Source of the DNA: Verrucomicrobiota bacterium
GTDB lineage: Bacteria; Verrucomicrobiota; Verrucomicrobiia; Limisphaerales; CANJXF01
Direction: 5' to 3'
Assembly (NCBI GenBank): GCA_038214755.1
Contig: JBBQRQ010000001.1
Location: forward strand, 64,001 to 128,000
Length of the DNA stretch: 64,000 bases
The position numbers were made by a program, and so were the translations under genes. Of this stretch, positions 9,262 to 19,884 are shown in pieces (the stretch's first letter is position 1; each line of letters begins with the position of its first letter). The notes beneath the pieces are model-generated. The model did not search any database. It was given only the letters and a program-made list of their open reading frames with translations, and was not told where the DNA came from.

Positions 9262-10281
9262 TCACTCTCTCGGATTGAAGGAGGATTCGCGCGCGAGTTT
9301 TTCCCAAAGCTCTTTTTCTTTTTCGCTGATCTCTTTCGGAATGGCGATGCGCGCGACAACAAACAAATCTCCGATCGTTCCATCCCGGTTCGGCAGGCCG
9401 CGACCCTTCACCCGCAGGCGCTGGCCGCTCTGCATGCCTGGTGGAATTTTGATGTTCACCGGCGATTGCAACGTGGGAATTTTTGCACTGGTGCCGAGCG
9501 CGGCCTCCCATGGCGCGAGATCGAGATCGTAAAAAATATTTGCTCCTTCCACTCGGAAATCCGGGTTCGCCGCAAACTTTACCCGCAAAAATAAATCGCC
9601 ATGCGGCGCGTTGCCGGTTCCGGCTTCACCTTGGCCCGCGACGCGCAGCTTCTGTCCTTCTCGCACTCCCGCCGGAATTTTTACCTGATACTTTTCTGTG
9701 CGCGGAATTTGTCCGGAGCCGCCGCACGCCGGACAAACGCGATTTTGCATCTGGCCGGTTCCATGACAACGGTCGCATCGCGCGGTGCGGCGCAGAGAAA
9801 TCGGGCGCACTGAACCGGTCATCGCCTCGGCCAGCGTCACCATGATGTCTGCTTCAAGATCGCGACCACGTTCGGCCGACTCCTGTTCAAATCCACCGCG
9901 TCGCGCCGATCGGCCGCCGCCAAAAAATTGTTCAAAAAAATCGCTGAACCCCGTTCCGCCAAATTCAAAATCTTCCGTTCCCTGACCCGGCGCGCCGGCG
10001 CGCCACGTGTGCGTGCGATAACTTTGTCCACCGGGCGGCGGGGCGAATCCGCCTTTCCAATCCGCGCCGAGCGTGTCGTATTTTTTGCGCTTCTCCTTGT
10101 CGCTCAAAACTTCGTAAGCCTCGTTGATCTCCTTAAATTTTTCTTCGGCTTGAGCTTTATTTTTCGCGACATCCGGATGGTAGAGCCGCGCTAATTTGCG
10201 AAAGGCTTTGCGGATATCATCTTCACTCGCCGTTCGCGTTACGCCCAACGTCTTGTAGTAATCCTTGAATTCGACAGCCAT
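9262..10281 (-). CDS. DnaJ-class chaperone (CbpA-like, two CxxCxGxG motifs)
   Basis: J domain with HPD, G/F region FSDFFEQFFG, DnaJ C-terminal domain. Confidence 0.93.
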   Translation of the reverse strand: MAVEFKDYYKTLGVTRTASEDDIRKAFRKLARLYHPDVAKNKAQAEEKFKEINEAYEVLSDKEKRKKYDTLGADWKGGFAPPPGGQSYRTHTWRAGAPGQGTEDFEFGGTGFSDFFEQFFGGGRSARRGGFEQESAERGRDLEADIMVTLAEAMTGSVRPISLRRTARCDRCHGTGQMQNRVCPACGGSGQIPRTEKYQVKIPAGVREGQKLRVAGQGEAGTGNAPHGDLFLRVKFAANPDFRVEGANIFYDLDLAPWEAALGTSAKIPTLQSPVNIKIPPGMQSGQRLRVKGRGLPNRDGTIGDLFVVARIAIPKEISEKEKELWEKLARESSFNPRE

Positions 10282-10375
10282 AAATATTTGCGCCCGCGCC
10301 ATTTTTGCGGTTGCCCACACTAAAGCACAAATTTTATTTCCCGCTAAAAAAATAGAATCGGAAATGAATCCGAAG

Positions 10376-10665
10376 GTAGCCGCCGACGTGAGAAGGCGGA
10401 TTCGTGATCGGGCGCATCTCAGTTTCTTGCAATGTTCGTTCCGAATCTCATTAGCACCCGGCTTCAGCCGGGTGTTTGAGGTCGAGAGGCGAATTCAACC
10501 GCTTCAGCGGTTTTGCCCCATGCGGGAAACTGCTGAAGCGGTTGAGGAGCGCAATCTGTTTCTGTTCACCCGGCTGAAGCCGGGTGTTAATGAGAGTTGC
10601 AAGAAACTGAGATGCGCCCTTCGTGGTGTCTCAACGAAAATCCGCCTCCTCACGTCGGCGGCTAC
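10376..10665. repeat. Triple-nested palindrome: B > G (GGGCGCATCTCAGTTTCTTGCAA) > H (CACCCGGCTTCAGCCGGGTG)
   Basis: Three concentric pairs of inverted arms. Confidence 0.9.
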
Positions 10666-10723
10666 GGTTATTCTTTTTTCCATTTGCGCTGCGAACTTTG
10701 CGACTACAAAATCGGTTCACAAA

Positions 10724-11806
10724 ATGAACTATGGCTTAAACATTTCTCAAAAAGGCGCGCTGGATTTCCTTTCATTGGGCGCGCTCGTTCATCGCCTGGA
10801 TCCGGGCGTCATCCCATTTCGCAAGGCGTCGCATTGCGACATTCATGTCAGCGGAGGCGAGTTCAACGTGGCGGCGAATTTGTCCGATTGTTTTCGACTC
10901 AAAACAGGCGTCGTCAGCGCGATGGTGGATTATCCGATTGGCGATTTGATTGCAGAACGGGTTCGCGCCATGGGCGTCAAACCGTTTTACAAAAATTTCA
11001 AACACGACGGCGTGCATGGCCCAAACATGGCGACGGTTTACAGTGACCGCGGCCAGGGCGTGCGCGCGCCGGTGGTTTTTTACAATCGCTGCAACGAAGC
11101 GGCCGCGCAGTTGAAGCCGGGCGATTTTAATTGGAAAGAAATTTTTGACCCTGGCGTGAGGTGGTTTCATAGCGGTGGAATTTTTGCGGCGCTTTCACCG
11201 ACGACGGCAGAAGTAATTATAGAAGCGATGCAAGCGGCCAAAGCGGCGGGCGCGGTGACATCGTTCGATTTAAATTATCGCGCGAAACTTTGGAACATCG
11301 TCGGCGGAAATGATCGCGCCGTTTCAATTTTGGATCGCATCGTGAAGAACGTCGATGTGCTCGTCGGCAACGAAGAAGATTTGCAACTCGGCTTGGGAAT
11401 TCCCGGCCCGGAAGTCGCGGCAAAAGACAAGCTCGATCCGAGCGCCTTCTTCAGCATGATGGGCAACGTCACCAAAAAACATCCGCACATAAAAATCGTG
11501 GCGACCACGTTGCGCGAAGTTCATTCGACGAACCGGCACAGTTGGGGCGCGGTCGCGTGGATCGATGGAAAAACTTTTGTTTCTCCGACCTGCGAATTGG
11601 ATGTGATTGATCGCGTCGGCGGCGGAGACGGCTATGCCGCAGGATTTTTTTATGGCTTGCTGAAAGGTGTTTCGCCGCAAGACGCCGTGAATCTCGGCTG
11701 GGCGCACGGCGCATTGCTCACGACTTTTCCCGGCGACACGACGATGGCGACGGTGGAGCAAGTAGAAGCTTTTGCCAAAGGCGGGAGCGCGCGAATTCAG
11801 AGATGA
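10724..11806 (+). CDS. PfkB sugar kinase (2-dehydro-3-deoxygluconokinase-like)
   Basis: GGEFNVA, SFDLNYRAKLW and DRVGGGDG motifs; the upstream ORF extension is repeat-derived. Confidence 0.9.
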   Translation: MNYGLNISQKGALDFLSLGALVHRLDPGVIPFRKASHCDIHVSGGEFNVAANLSDCFRLKTGVVSAMVDYPIGDLIAERVRAMGVKPFYKNFKHDGVHGPNMATVYSDRGQGVRAPVVFYNRCNEAAAQLKPGDFNWKEIFDPGVRWFHSGGIFAALSPTTAEVIIEAMQAAKAAGAVTSFDLNYRAKLWNIVGGNDRAVSILDRIVKNVDVLVGNEEDLQLGLGIPGPEVAAKDKLDPSAFFSMMGNVTKKHPHIKIVATTLREVHSTNRHSWGAVAWIDGKTFVSPTCELDVIDRVGGGDGYAAGFFYGLLKGVSPQDAVNLGWAHGALLTTFPGDTTMATVEQVEAFAKGGSARIQR

Positions 11807-11819
11807 TTCTTTTTTTGCG

Positions 11820-12032
11820 ATGCGTTACAAATTCAAAGGCTACATTTTTCAATTCACCAGAGGTGACCATGAAGGACGGCATATCCATGTGGTCAAAGGA
11901 ACGAAAAAAGTGGGCGTTTATGATCGAGTCAATGGACCGATTCGCGGCCTGGAAAGAATTTGGAACAAAGATTTGAAAGAAGGCGTTGAAAACTTTATTG
12001 ATAAGTTAAATGAAAGTGGATTTTTCCATTGA
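11820..12032 (+). CDS. DUF4160-like small protein (TA-like)
   Basis: MRYKFKGYIFQF..DHEGRHIHVVKG pattern. Confidence 0.65.
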   Translation: MRYKFKGYIFQFTRGDHEGRHIHVVKGTKKVGVYDRVNGPIRGLERIWNKDLKEGVENFIDKLNESGFFH

Positions 12033-12336
12033 GATTGATGTCGCGGACAAAGTCTGGTTCGACGTTTCGTGTGGCAAACTTTTTATTCAAGCTCGTGATT
12101 ACGTGAACGGTATTGAATTTTCAGAAATTGCTGATGAAGACTTTGAATCCAGGAGTCCGGTAGCTTCTTTTTCTCTCGGCTATTCCGGCAGCATGGTTGT
12201 TTGTCATCACAAAGACGGCAAAGAAACGTGGTTGCCGGTGGACATGTGGGAACCCGGCGGATTCACCCCGAAGAGCAGCTTGCCTAAACGGAAGTCACCC
12301 GCCAAAACTCCACGGCTTCAAGAAGCGAAAAGTTAG
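12010..12336 (+). CDS. Partner of the DUF4160-like gene (possibly DUF2442-like)
   Basis: Overlaps the upstream gene; 108 aa. Confidence 0.5.
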   Translation: MKVDFSIEIDVADKVWFDVSCGKLFIQARDYVNGIEFSEIADEDFESRSPVASFSLGYSGSMVVCHHKDGKETWLPVDMWEPGGFTPKSSLPKRKSPAKTPRLQEAKS

Positions 12337-12473
12337 TTTTCCGCGCCTCGATTTGAAACTCTTTGTGCCGGTGGCTCGGCGCTTAATCTCCGCTGGATGT
12401 TCTCCTCGGCCGCGCGCGAATTCACGAGTAATCCCATTTGCGAAAACAGGGGCTGGTGTAGTACAAAGGTGGT

Positions 12474-12674
12474 ATGTCAGTCATTACCATTCGCCTCAAA
12501 CGACCAAAGTCCGAGGTGGTCCGGGCGTCCCGTGGCAATTTAAACCAATGGATCAACGGGTTGATCGACCACGCGCTCGCGCCCCGTGAGACCGACTGGA
12601 ACACGCATTTCAAAAAGGAACGGCGAAGCATCGATTACGACGCGGTGTTGAAGGCGCGCCGGGATGAGCGATGA
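12474..12674 (+). CDS. Putative RHH antitoxin (VapB-like)
   Basis: MSVITIRL...NLNQWINGLIDHAL; ATGA overlap with the PIN gene. Confidence 0.7.
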   Translation: MSVITIRLKRPKSEVVRASRGNLNQWINGLIDHALAPRETDWNTHFKKERRSIDYDAVLKARRDER

Positions 12675-13165
12675 ATTTTGCAGATACCAACTGGCTGGCG
12701 GTTGTTTATTTCGCAAGCCTTCCGGGAAAACCCAAGCACGCCTCCAACCGAAAAACGGTTGAGCGTTTTATGAGACTGCACGGTGGCAAGTTGGTGTTGT
12801 CACATATCGTTCTGCTGGAAGCGCGCAATATATTCTCCCGCTTAACCAATGAATCGGAACCGGAGGAATGGACCGAATTACAAAGTGATTTCAACGGTAA
12901 ACTTTACGTTGACCCCATGAATTGGCATTTGCTCCGGCGCGAAACTGAATCCTTGTTCACCCGCTATTCTTGTAAAGAGTCGATCGGCTCTCTGGACGCT
13001 CTCATTGTTGCTTCCGCCAAACTCGCTGGCGCCACTCGGTTTCTTTCGTTCGATTCACTGGCGGCGGCGCTCGCTTCCGCTGAAGGTATCGAAGCTTTCC
13101 CGCCCTTAAATTCCGAAGGCAAACGTTTCTTAAGAAATCTGACCAGATCCACTGGTCGGCGCTGA
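12671..13165 (+). CDS. PIN-domain toxin (VapC-like)
   Basis: FADTNWL, E, LDALIVASA and FLSFD PIN acidic motifs. Confidence 0.85.
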   Translation: MNFADTNWLAVVYFASLPGKPKHASNRKTVERFMRLHGGKLVLSHIVLLEARNIFSRLTNESEPEEWTELQSDFNGKLYVDPMNWHLLRRETESLFTRYSCKESIGSLDALIVASAKLAGATRFLSFDSLAAALASAEGIEAFPPLNSEGKRFLRNLTRSTGRR

Positions 13166-13245
13166 TCGTGGGCGGATTTTGAAGCTACGCGGATACGATT
13201 TGAAAAACTTTGTCTCGCCACGTTCGCACGGCTACCTTCGGTCGC

Positions 13246-14643
13246 GTGTTTTCTTCGGAAATTAAATCCATTCACTTCGTCGGCATTTGCGGCACAGCGA
13301 TGGGTTCCGCCGCTGCGGCGTTAGTCGAGAAAGGATTTCACGTTTCCGGTTCAGACCCGAATACCTATCCGCCGATCTCCACCTTTTTAGCGCAACGAAA
13401 AATCGAAGTCATGCCGACTTACGCCGAAAAAAATCTCACGCACAAACCTGATCTCGTCGTCATCGGCAACGCCATTTCCCGGGGCAATCCCGAAGCGGAA
13501 GCGGTGCTGGAAAAAAAATTGCGCTACTGTTCGTTGCCGGAATTACTCAAGGAATTTTTTATTCGCGGGAAACGTTCGCTCGTCGTCAGCGGCACTCATG
13601 GAAAAACGACGACTACTTCGCTGCTAACGTGGGTTTTCGAGCACAACGGATTGAACCCAAGTTTTCTCATTGGCGGCATTCCGGAAAATCTCAAGCAAGG
13701 CGCGCGCTTCACCGATAGCGAATGGTTCATCATCGAAGGCGACGAATACGACACCGCGTTTTTCGACAAGCGCAGCAAGTTCGTTCATTACCTTCCCGAA
13801 GTTGCCATCATCAACAACGTCGAATTCGATCACGCTGACATTTTTGAAAATCTGGCGGCGATCCAGCTTCAATTCAAACGCTTCATCAATTTGATTCCGC
13901 GCAACGGCTTGTTGCTCGCGAATGGCGACGATGAAAATCTCGCGCCGCTGCTCAACGTCACCCATTGCCCGGTCAAGCGATTTGGTCTCGGCGAAGCAAA
14001 TGCGTTTCGCGCGTTCAATTTAAAATTCGGCGCGACGGCCACTGAGTTTGAAATCCCCAGCTTCAAATTTCATCTCAATCTCCTCGGCGAATTGAATGTG
14101 CGGAACGCCCTCGCGGTTGTCGCGGCGGCCAAACATTGCGGACTTTCCAACAAACAAATTCAGTCGGCGTTCGATGCGTTCAAAGGAATCAAGCGTCGCA
14201 TGGAAGTGCGCGGTATCGCCGGCGGCGTCACTGTGCTCGATGATTTCGGCCATCATCCGACGGCCATTCGCGAGACGTTGCGCGCATTGCGTTTCAAATA
14301 TCCCACTCAAAAAATCTGGGCGATCTTCGAGCCGCGCACCAATACGACGCGCCGGAATATTTTTCAAAAAGAATTGGCCGAAGCCTTTGCCCAGGCCGAC
14401 GCCATTGTCGTTTCGCAAATCGCGCGACTGGAATTGCTCCGACCGGAAGAACGCCTTGACCCAGCGAAGCTGATGCAGGATTTGCAAGCGAGCGGCAAAC
14501 CGGCGGCATATTTGCCCGACGTGGAGTCCATCGTCGCGCATGTGAAAAAAGGCGCGTCGGGCGGAGATGTCATTTGCGTTTTTAGCAATGGCGGCTTCGG
14601 GGACATTCATAACAAGCTGCTGGCGCAGTTGGGTCGGAAGTAA
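13246..14643 (+). CDS. mpl: UDP-MurNAc:L-Ala-gamma-D-Glu-mDAP ligase
   Basis: IHFVGICGTAMG, GTHGKTTT, EGDEYDTAFFDKRSKF and DDFGHHPTAI motifs. Confidence 0.93.
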   Translation: MFSSEIKSIHFVGICGTAMGSAAAALVEKGFHVSGSDPNTYPPISTFLAQRKIEVMPTYAEKNLTHKPDLVVIGNAISRGNPEAEAVLEKKLRYCSLPELLKEFFIRGKRSLVVSGTHGKTTTTSLLTWVFEHNGLNPSFLIGGIPENLKQGARFTDSEWFIIEGDEYDTAFFDKRSKFVHYLPEVAIINNVEFDHADIFENLAAIQLQFKRFINLIPRNGLLLANGDDENLAPLLNVTHCPVKRFGLGEANAFRAFNLKFGATATEFEIPSFKFHLNLLGELNVRNALAVVAAAKHCGLSNKQIQSAFDAFKGIKRRMEVRGIAGGVTVLDDFGHHPTAIRETLRALRFKYPTQKIWAIFEPRTNTTRRNIFQKELAEAFAQADAIVVSQIARLELLRPEERLDPAKLMQDLQASGKPAAYLPDVESIVAHVKKGASGGDVICVFSNGGFGDIHNKLLAQLGRK

Positions 14644-14653
14644 TTTGGCCGAG

Positions 14654-14994
14654 ATGAAACTGCCTGACGGAAATCGCGCCTTTGTCGATATGCGCAAACT
14701 TCACTTCTACTGCCTCGACCCGTTCAGTCCGAAAGGCCGAAACAAAGCCCGGGTCTTTACCGCCATTCTCGGATTGAGGCAACCGATGCGAAATTTTTGC
14801 GCGATCCTTTGCTCACGGCGGCCGCCGAAAATGATTGTGAAGCTGGGGAAGCGGATGACTACGGGCAACGATACACTTTGGATTCAACACTCAGCGCTGG
14901 ATTGGGGACCCACAAAATTCGCAGTGGCTGGATTGTGCGCCATAATGAAAATTTTCCACGACTTACGACCTGTTATGTTTTAAAGTTCAAATGA
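14654..14994 (+). pseudogene. DUF6883-like gene with a 1-nt frameshift
   Basis: MKLPDGNRAFVDMRKLHFYCLD...KARVF continues in another frame as DDYGQRY...IRSGWIV...PRLTTCYV; shift near 14775-14780. Confidence 0.7.
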
Positions 14995-15234
14995 ATGAAA
15001 GCTAAAGCGATTAAACTTTTAGACACGGTGGCGCTGCTTGAAAACATCCAGGCGCGGAAGCTGCGCGAGGGTGAAGTCGGCACCGTTGTTGAACTGCTGG
15101 GCGACGACGTTTACGAGGTGGAATTTTCCGATGAGGATGGTCAAACCTACGCGCAGTTTGCTCTTCGCGCCGATCAACTCATGCCGCTGCACAGCCAGGG
15201 CAAATCATGGCGCATGGCCTCCGTTGAAGCTTGA
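14995..15234 (+). CDS. DUF4926 domain protein
   Basis: IKLLDTVALLE...GEVGTVVE...YEVEFSDEDGQTYA. Confidence 0.85.
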   Translation: MKAKAIKLLDTVALLENIQARKLREGEVGTVVELLGDDVYEVEFSDEDGQTYAQFALRADQLMPLHSQGKSWRMASVEA

Positions 15235-15276
15235 TTCCCGTCAAGAACTGCGACGTAATTTCACAACAGGAGCAAC

Positions 15277-15521
15277 CTCACCGAAATCATTTTTGAAGTT
15301 CGCGAGGACGAAATTGACGGCGGCTTTAATGCGAAGGCGTTGGGTCCCTCGATTTTCACGCAGGGCGATACGATGGAGGAACTCCGCACGATGGTGAAAG
15401 AGGCAGTCGCTTGCCATTTTGAAACTGAACCGCCTCAGATTATTCGCCTTCATTTTGTGCGTGACGAGATTCTAAGCGCGTGAAAATTCCGCGCGATTGC
15501 AGCGGACAACGGGGAAAATAA
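15277..15521 (+). pseudogene. HicB-like gene lacking a start codon plus a 13-codon HicA-like stub
   Basis: (L)TEIIFEVREDEIDGGFNAKALG.SIFTQGDT.EELR..VKEAV.CHF...IRLHFVRDEIL, stop at 15483; overlapping GTG-KIPRD stub then stops. Confidence 0.6.
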
Positions 15522-15544
15522 ATTTGATTTCTCAGAGTTGTTCA

Positions 15545-15569
15545 CGCACCCGCCGGAGGCAGATGCTAC
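15545..15569 (-). repeat. Single family C arm
   Basis: CGCACCCGCCGGAGGCAGATGCTAC. Confidence 0.8.
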
Positions 15570-15574
15570 CCCGG

Positions 15575-17890
15575 TTAATGTTTCGACAGAGCGGCGGAGG
15601 GCACTCGATGGATGGTGTTGTAAATCTCCTGCTTGAGCGCCGTGCCGTCGGCGGCGGAAACGTTGTATTTAATTTTCATCTGCATGACGGGTTTCAAATC
15701 GGGAATTTCCAACGTCACTGTTTTTTTATCCGCCGAAAGTTTGACCGATTTAATTTCCACCGGGTCGTGAGTTTTTTCCTCGGGGTTTTTGATGGAGAAT
15801 TCCGGTGAACCATAGTTGGCGGTCCACTTGTAAGCCCATTGTTCGATTCCATAATTCTCCGGGTCAGCGGCGGAGGCACTGTCCAGCGGTGAGGTAAAAG
15901 TGAGTTCAAGACCGGTTGGTTTCACGTGAAGTTCGCTCGGCATGTTCACCGTTTTTCCGGTGTAGCGGACACGATGAAACGCTCCTTCTTTTCCCGCATT
16001 CGATTGCCACACCGAAAGTCCGCACAAATAAAGTTGCCCATCGCGCTTGCTGAATCGGCCCCGCATAATTCCCGACTCAAACTTCAATGGGAAACGCACC
16101 ACGCCCGCCTGCGGCTGGCCATCGACTTCCTCCGACATCACTTCGAAGAGCGAACAAGTTCCGTAGGACAGGTGGAGCAGGTGGTTTTTGAACGGCCCCC
16201 ATTTGTCGCTCGTCACCCAGACCTGGCCGCCGCTGGAATTATCGATGTTGTTGTTGTGCGGGATCCAGAGAAGCGGTTTGTCGTAATCGGTCGGAGGCTT
16301 TTCAGTGTGGGAAGTGAAAACGTGGCCCAAAAATTTTCCAGGCTTCACCAGATTGATGCGCGAGGCCGGAACCCAATTGCCTTCGTTGTCGGCGATGGTG
16401 ATTTCGTCGTGCGGTCCAACACTCAAACCGTTGGGCGCCCGCAGACCAGTGGCAACGACTTCCATTTTACCACCGTCTTTTGAAACTTTGAGCAACGTGC
16501 CTTGATGTGGCGTGACCGCTTCATGAAGATCGCCGCCTTTTGTAAAATAAAAATTTCCTTTTGAATCCGTTTCCAGGTTCAGCGCGAACTCGTGGTAGCG
16601 CGACGTAATGAAAACGTCGTTGTTAAAATTTTCATAAAAATCCGCTTCGCCGTCGCTGTTCAAGTCGTGGAGGCGCGTGATCTGATCGCGGCCAGTAATG
16701 TAAATTTTGTCGTTCACGATTTTCAGACCGAGCGGCTGGAAGAGTCCGGTGGCAAAACGTTTCCAGGTGAGCTTGTCCCATTTCTCGTCGATGCCGCTGA
16801 CGATCCAAACGTCACCGCTGACGGAGCAAAGCGCGGCTCGGCCATCGGAAAAAAAATCGAAGCCGCTCGGACGAATCCACGATTTCCACGGATTATTTTC
16901 GGGCAGAGTCAGAGTATCGACCTGATATGGACCGTCTTCTTTGCCGAGCGTGCCTTTGGTCGCGAGCGGTTCGCCCCAACGCGTTGGCCCGCCCTGGCAA
17001 AGCGATTTTAAATTCGCAATTTTCGGCTTGGCGCTCAGGAATGTTTTAAATCTCGTGAGATTTGGTTTTGCGCCTGAGCAAATAAGAATTTTGAACGAAA
17101 GATTTTTCTTCGATTTCGGCAAAACAAGAACAACGCGATCTTTGTCGCGGATGTCCCACGCCGTTTCCGCTGGCGCGCCAACAAATGCTGCGGAAAGAAA
17201 TGTTTCGTTAGATGCGCCGGAATTTGAAGTCAGCACAACACAATCGTTTTCCAGGTGCGCACTTGCTTTTGGGTTTTCGCAAACGAGTAATGACATCGGT
17301 CCCTCGGAATTTTCGATTTGGAAGGTGCGGCTGAAAATTTTTAGGCCATTGGTATTTTCCACGTCGGGCATCTCCAGCACGTCACTTTTGCCGACGGTGT
17401 AGGAAAGAATGACCTGCTCGCCGTGTAGGTAGAGTCCTTTGTAATGCGCCCAATCTTTGGGCAACGAACCGTAGGGAACATCCGCTGGTTTCTGTTGGAA
17501 ATTTTCATGGCTGTTGTCCCAACGCATTGGTCGCGGGTCCGCGAAACTTCCGTCCTTCGCCCAGCCGGGAAGATTTGGCGTCCAAAAGACAGGCGTGCCG
17601 ATTGGCTCTGGGATTCCTTCCAAGCCGCCGCGACCGGATGGCAATTTCAAAAATCCGCCCGTCCAGCCCATTGTCATGCGCAACAGTTCTGTGTCGAAAC
17701 AAACCGACGCTTCATTGGTTTCACCGAGCTTGATGGAGATGGCTTTGAGCGCAGGAAATTTTCCGGCGAATCCGCAGGTAAAAAACGGGCCGGTGTCCAT
17801 CACGTCCCATTTGGTTCCCGTTTCTTCTCCCGGAGAGGAATGGGCCAAGGTAAAGAGACTCGCGCTAAGTAACAGAATTATTTTTCGCAT
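15575..17890 (-). CDS. Secreted PVC protein (DUF6797-like plus beta-propeller dehydrogenase-like domain)
   Basis: Signal peptide; WKRFATGLFQPLGL, GLRAPNG and DNEGNW motifs. Confidence 0.75.
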   Translation of the reverse strand: MRKIILLLSASLFTLAHSSPGEETGTKWDVMDTGPFFTCGFAGKFPALKAISIKLGETNEASVCFDTELLRMTMGWTGGFLKLPSGRGGLEGIPEPIGTPVFWTPNLPGWAKDGSFADPRPMRWDNSHENFQQKPADVPYGSLPKDWAHYKGLYLHGEQVILSYTVGKSDVLEMPDVENTNGLKIFSRTFQIENSEGPMSLLVCENPKASAHLENDCVVLTSNSGASNETFLSAAFVGAPAETAWDIRDKDRVVLVLPKSKKNLSFKILICSGAKPNLTRFKTFLSAKPKIANLKSLCQGGPTRWGEPLATKGTLGKEDGPYQVDTLTLPENNPWKSWIRPSGFDFFSDGRAALCSVSGDVWIVSGIDEKWDKLTWKRFATGLFQPLGLKIVNDKIYITGRDQITRLHDLNSDGEADFYENFNNDVFITSRYHEFALNLETDSKGNFYFTKGGDLHEAVTPHQGTLLKVSKDGGKMEVVATGLRAPNGLSVGPHDEITIADNEGNWVPASRINLVKPGKFLGHVFTSHTEKPPTDYDKPLLWIPHNNNIDNSSGGQVWVTSDKWGPFKNHLLHLSYGTCSLFEVMSEEVDGQPQAGVVRFPLKFESGIMRGRFSKRDGQLYLCGLSVWQSNAGKEGAFHRVRYTGKTVNMPSELHVKPTGLELTFTSPLDSASAADPENYGIEQWAYKWTANYGSPEFSIKNPEEKTHDPVEIKSVKLSADKKTVTLEIPDLKPVMQMKIKYNVSAADGTALKQEIYNTIHRVPSAALSKH

Positions 17891-17947
17891 GGTAAAAACT
17901 TCAATTACCGTTCGCGCGAATTGGATGCGAGTCAAAACTGCTGGAAC

Positions 17948-18062
17948 GTAGCGCAGGTTTTCAACCTGCCGTATCGCGGGTTTGCAACCCGCTGGATCTC
18001 GCCCATAGAGGTGCCCTGCCGATTGCAAATCGGCGATACAGCAGCTTGCAAAGCTGCGCTAC
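17948..18062. repeat. Family A doublet
   Basis: Near-identical to 144-255, including the inner hairpins. Confidence 0.9.
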
Positions 18063-18112
18063 GGCGGAAGGTTTTCGCTTGGAGTATGACTTGAAATTAC
18101 TAATGTTCTTTT

Positions 18113-19018
18113 ATGAAGTTCCGCACGTTTAAATTTATTTCGCTTTGTTCTCTCGCCGTTTTGTTGGCGGCTCCAACAACTTTTGCCGACGCAAAAACAA
18201 AACGCATTTTGTTTTTCTCGAAATCTTCCGGCTACGAACATTCGGTGATCAAAAAGACGAATGATCTTCCGAGTTTTGCTGAAAATATTTTGAAAGAGCT
18301 CGGCGCGAAAAATAATATCGAGTTCACCTTCACGAAGGATGGGCGACTGTTCACGCCGGAAAATTTGGCGAAATATGACGCCTTCTTTTTTTACACGACG
18401 GGGGATTTGACCGAGGAAGGCAAAGATAAAAATCCGCCGATGTCCGTGGAAGGCAAAGCGGCATTTCTCGACGCCATAAAAAAAGGAAAGGGGTTCATCG
18501 GCACTCACAGCGCGACGGACACTTTTCATTCTCCCGGCAACAAAGAACATGGCGAGGCGCGCTACAAAGACGACGGCGAGTACGCGGATCCTTACATCAA
18601 GATGATTGGAGCGGAATTCATCAAGCACGGCTCGCAGCAAACGTCGCAAATGATTTGCGCGGATAAAAAGTTTCCCGGCCTGAGCGCGGTCAAATCCGAT
18701 TTTGCACCGATGGAAGAATGGTATTCGTTAAAAGATTTCGCGACGAATCTGCACGTGTTGCTGATTCAAGAGACGGCAGGAATGAAAGGGAACGTTTACC
18801 AACGCCCACCGTATCCAGCGACGTGGGCCAGGATGCATGGGAAGGGCCGCGTTTTTTATACTTCAATGGGACATCGTGAGGACGTTTGGACAAACCCCGT
18901 TTTCCAGGAAGTTCTAGCGGGTGGAATTAATTGGGCTGTCCGGAATGTTGACGCGGATGTCAAACCGAACATTGATAAAGCGACACCAAAAGCCAACCAA
19001 CTGCCGGCCGCCGAGTAA
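18113..19018 (+). CDS. ThuA-domain protein
   Basis: ILFFSKSSGYEHS, FYTTGD, GFIGTHSATDT and GRVFYTSMGH motifs. Confidence 0.9.
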   Translation: MKFRTFKFISLCSLAVLLAAPTTFADAKTKRILFFSKSSGYEHSVIKKTNDLPSFAENILKELGAKNNIEFTFTKDGRLFTPENLAKYDAFFFYTTGDLTEEGKDKNPPMSVEGKAAFLDAIKKGKGFIGTHSATDTFHSPGNKEHGEARYKDDGEYADPYIKMIGAEFIKHGSQQTSQMICADKKFPGLSAVKSDFAPMEEWYSLKDFATNLHVLLIQETAGMKGNVYQRPPYPATWARMHGKGRVFYTSMGHREDVWTNPVFQEVLAGGINWAVRNVDADVKPNIDKATPKANQLPAAE

Positions 19019-19030
19019 TTTCTGGGCGGT

Positions 19031-19786
19031 TCAATAAAAAGCGTAGTTCGTGCGCCCCGCCTCGGTCACGGCCCATAAATTTATTTTTGGTCCGACAGAC
19101 TTCCATGTCTTGATGAACCGAACACTCTGATCGACGAAGTTATAGTCAGAACCGGTTCCCACCGAGTGGCGCGCTTGATTTAATTGATCGTAATCGTTGC
19201 CTTTGCCCTCTTCCAAATCCATGAAGTAATGGAAGGAATTATTTTCATCCACGTTTTTCTTTTCCCCAAAGGCGATGGTCTCGGAAGGATATTTGACCGC
19301 ATTTTCTGGCATCGCTCGCCCGACGATTGCGTCCATCGTGAAGCTGGCGCCCATCGCTTCCTTGAGGTAATCATTCCAACCGTTGAAAATATAAGTGCGG
19401 GGCGAAGCATCGGCGGCATTGACACTCTCCCGCACGGTGGGCGGCGTGTTGGGGCCATCGCTTGGACAGCGAAGGATTTTTACATCACGGTAAGTGTCGC
19501 GGAGGCGTCCCGGCCAGCGAGGGTTGTTGGCTTCACCAATCGTTCGAGGACAATAAACATCGCGATTGTCGCTGGCGTAAATATTCAACGACAGTCCAAG
19601 CTGTCGCAAATTGTTGACGCAGGAAATTCGTTTCGCGGTTTCTTTGGCGCGAGCCAAGCCGGGCAATAACATTCCAGCCAGGATGGCGATGATGGCGATA
19701 ACCACCAGGAGTTCGATTAAAGTGAATGCATATTTTGCAGAGGATGGTTCAACCCTTGCCGCAAATGGTTCGGTCATTTTTTTCAT
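19031..19786 (-). CDS. Prepilin-type N-methylation protein (DUF1559-like pseudopilin)
   Basis: [25 protein letters not shown]...[10 protein letters not shown]. Confidence 0.92.
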   Translation of the reverse strand: MKKMTEPFAARVEPSSAKYAFTLIELLVVIAIIAILAGMLLPGLARAKETAKRISCVNNLRQLGLSLNIYASDNRDVYCPRTIGEANNPRWPGRLRDTYRDVKILRCPSDGPNTPPTVRESVNAADASPRTYIFNGWNDYLKEAMGASFTMDAIVGRAMPENAVKYPSETIAFGEKKNVDENNSFHYFMDLEEGKGNDYDQLNQARHSVGTGSDYNFVDQSVRFIKTWKSVGPKINLWAVTEAGRTNYAFY

Positions 19787-19884
19787 ATGTCCTTTATTGC
19801 CTCGCTCGGAAAAGGAATTTCCATTCCAATCAAAAATTAAATCGAATATTTTTTGAGTCGAGGGGGTCATTCTAGCTTGGCTTG

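Noticed and set aside
10265..10723. 153-aa N-terminal extension of the sugar kinase in the ORF track
   Set aside because: It is a translation of the nested repeat and overlaps the divergent DnaJ start; the family-like sequence begins at MNYGL (10724).
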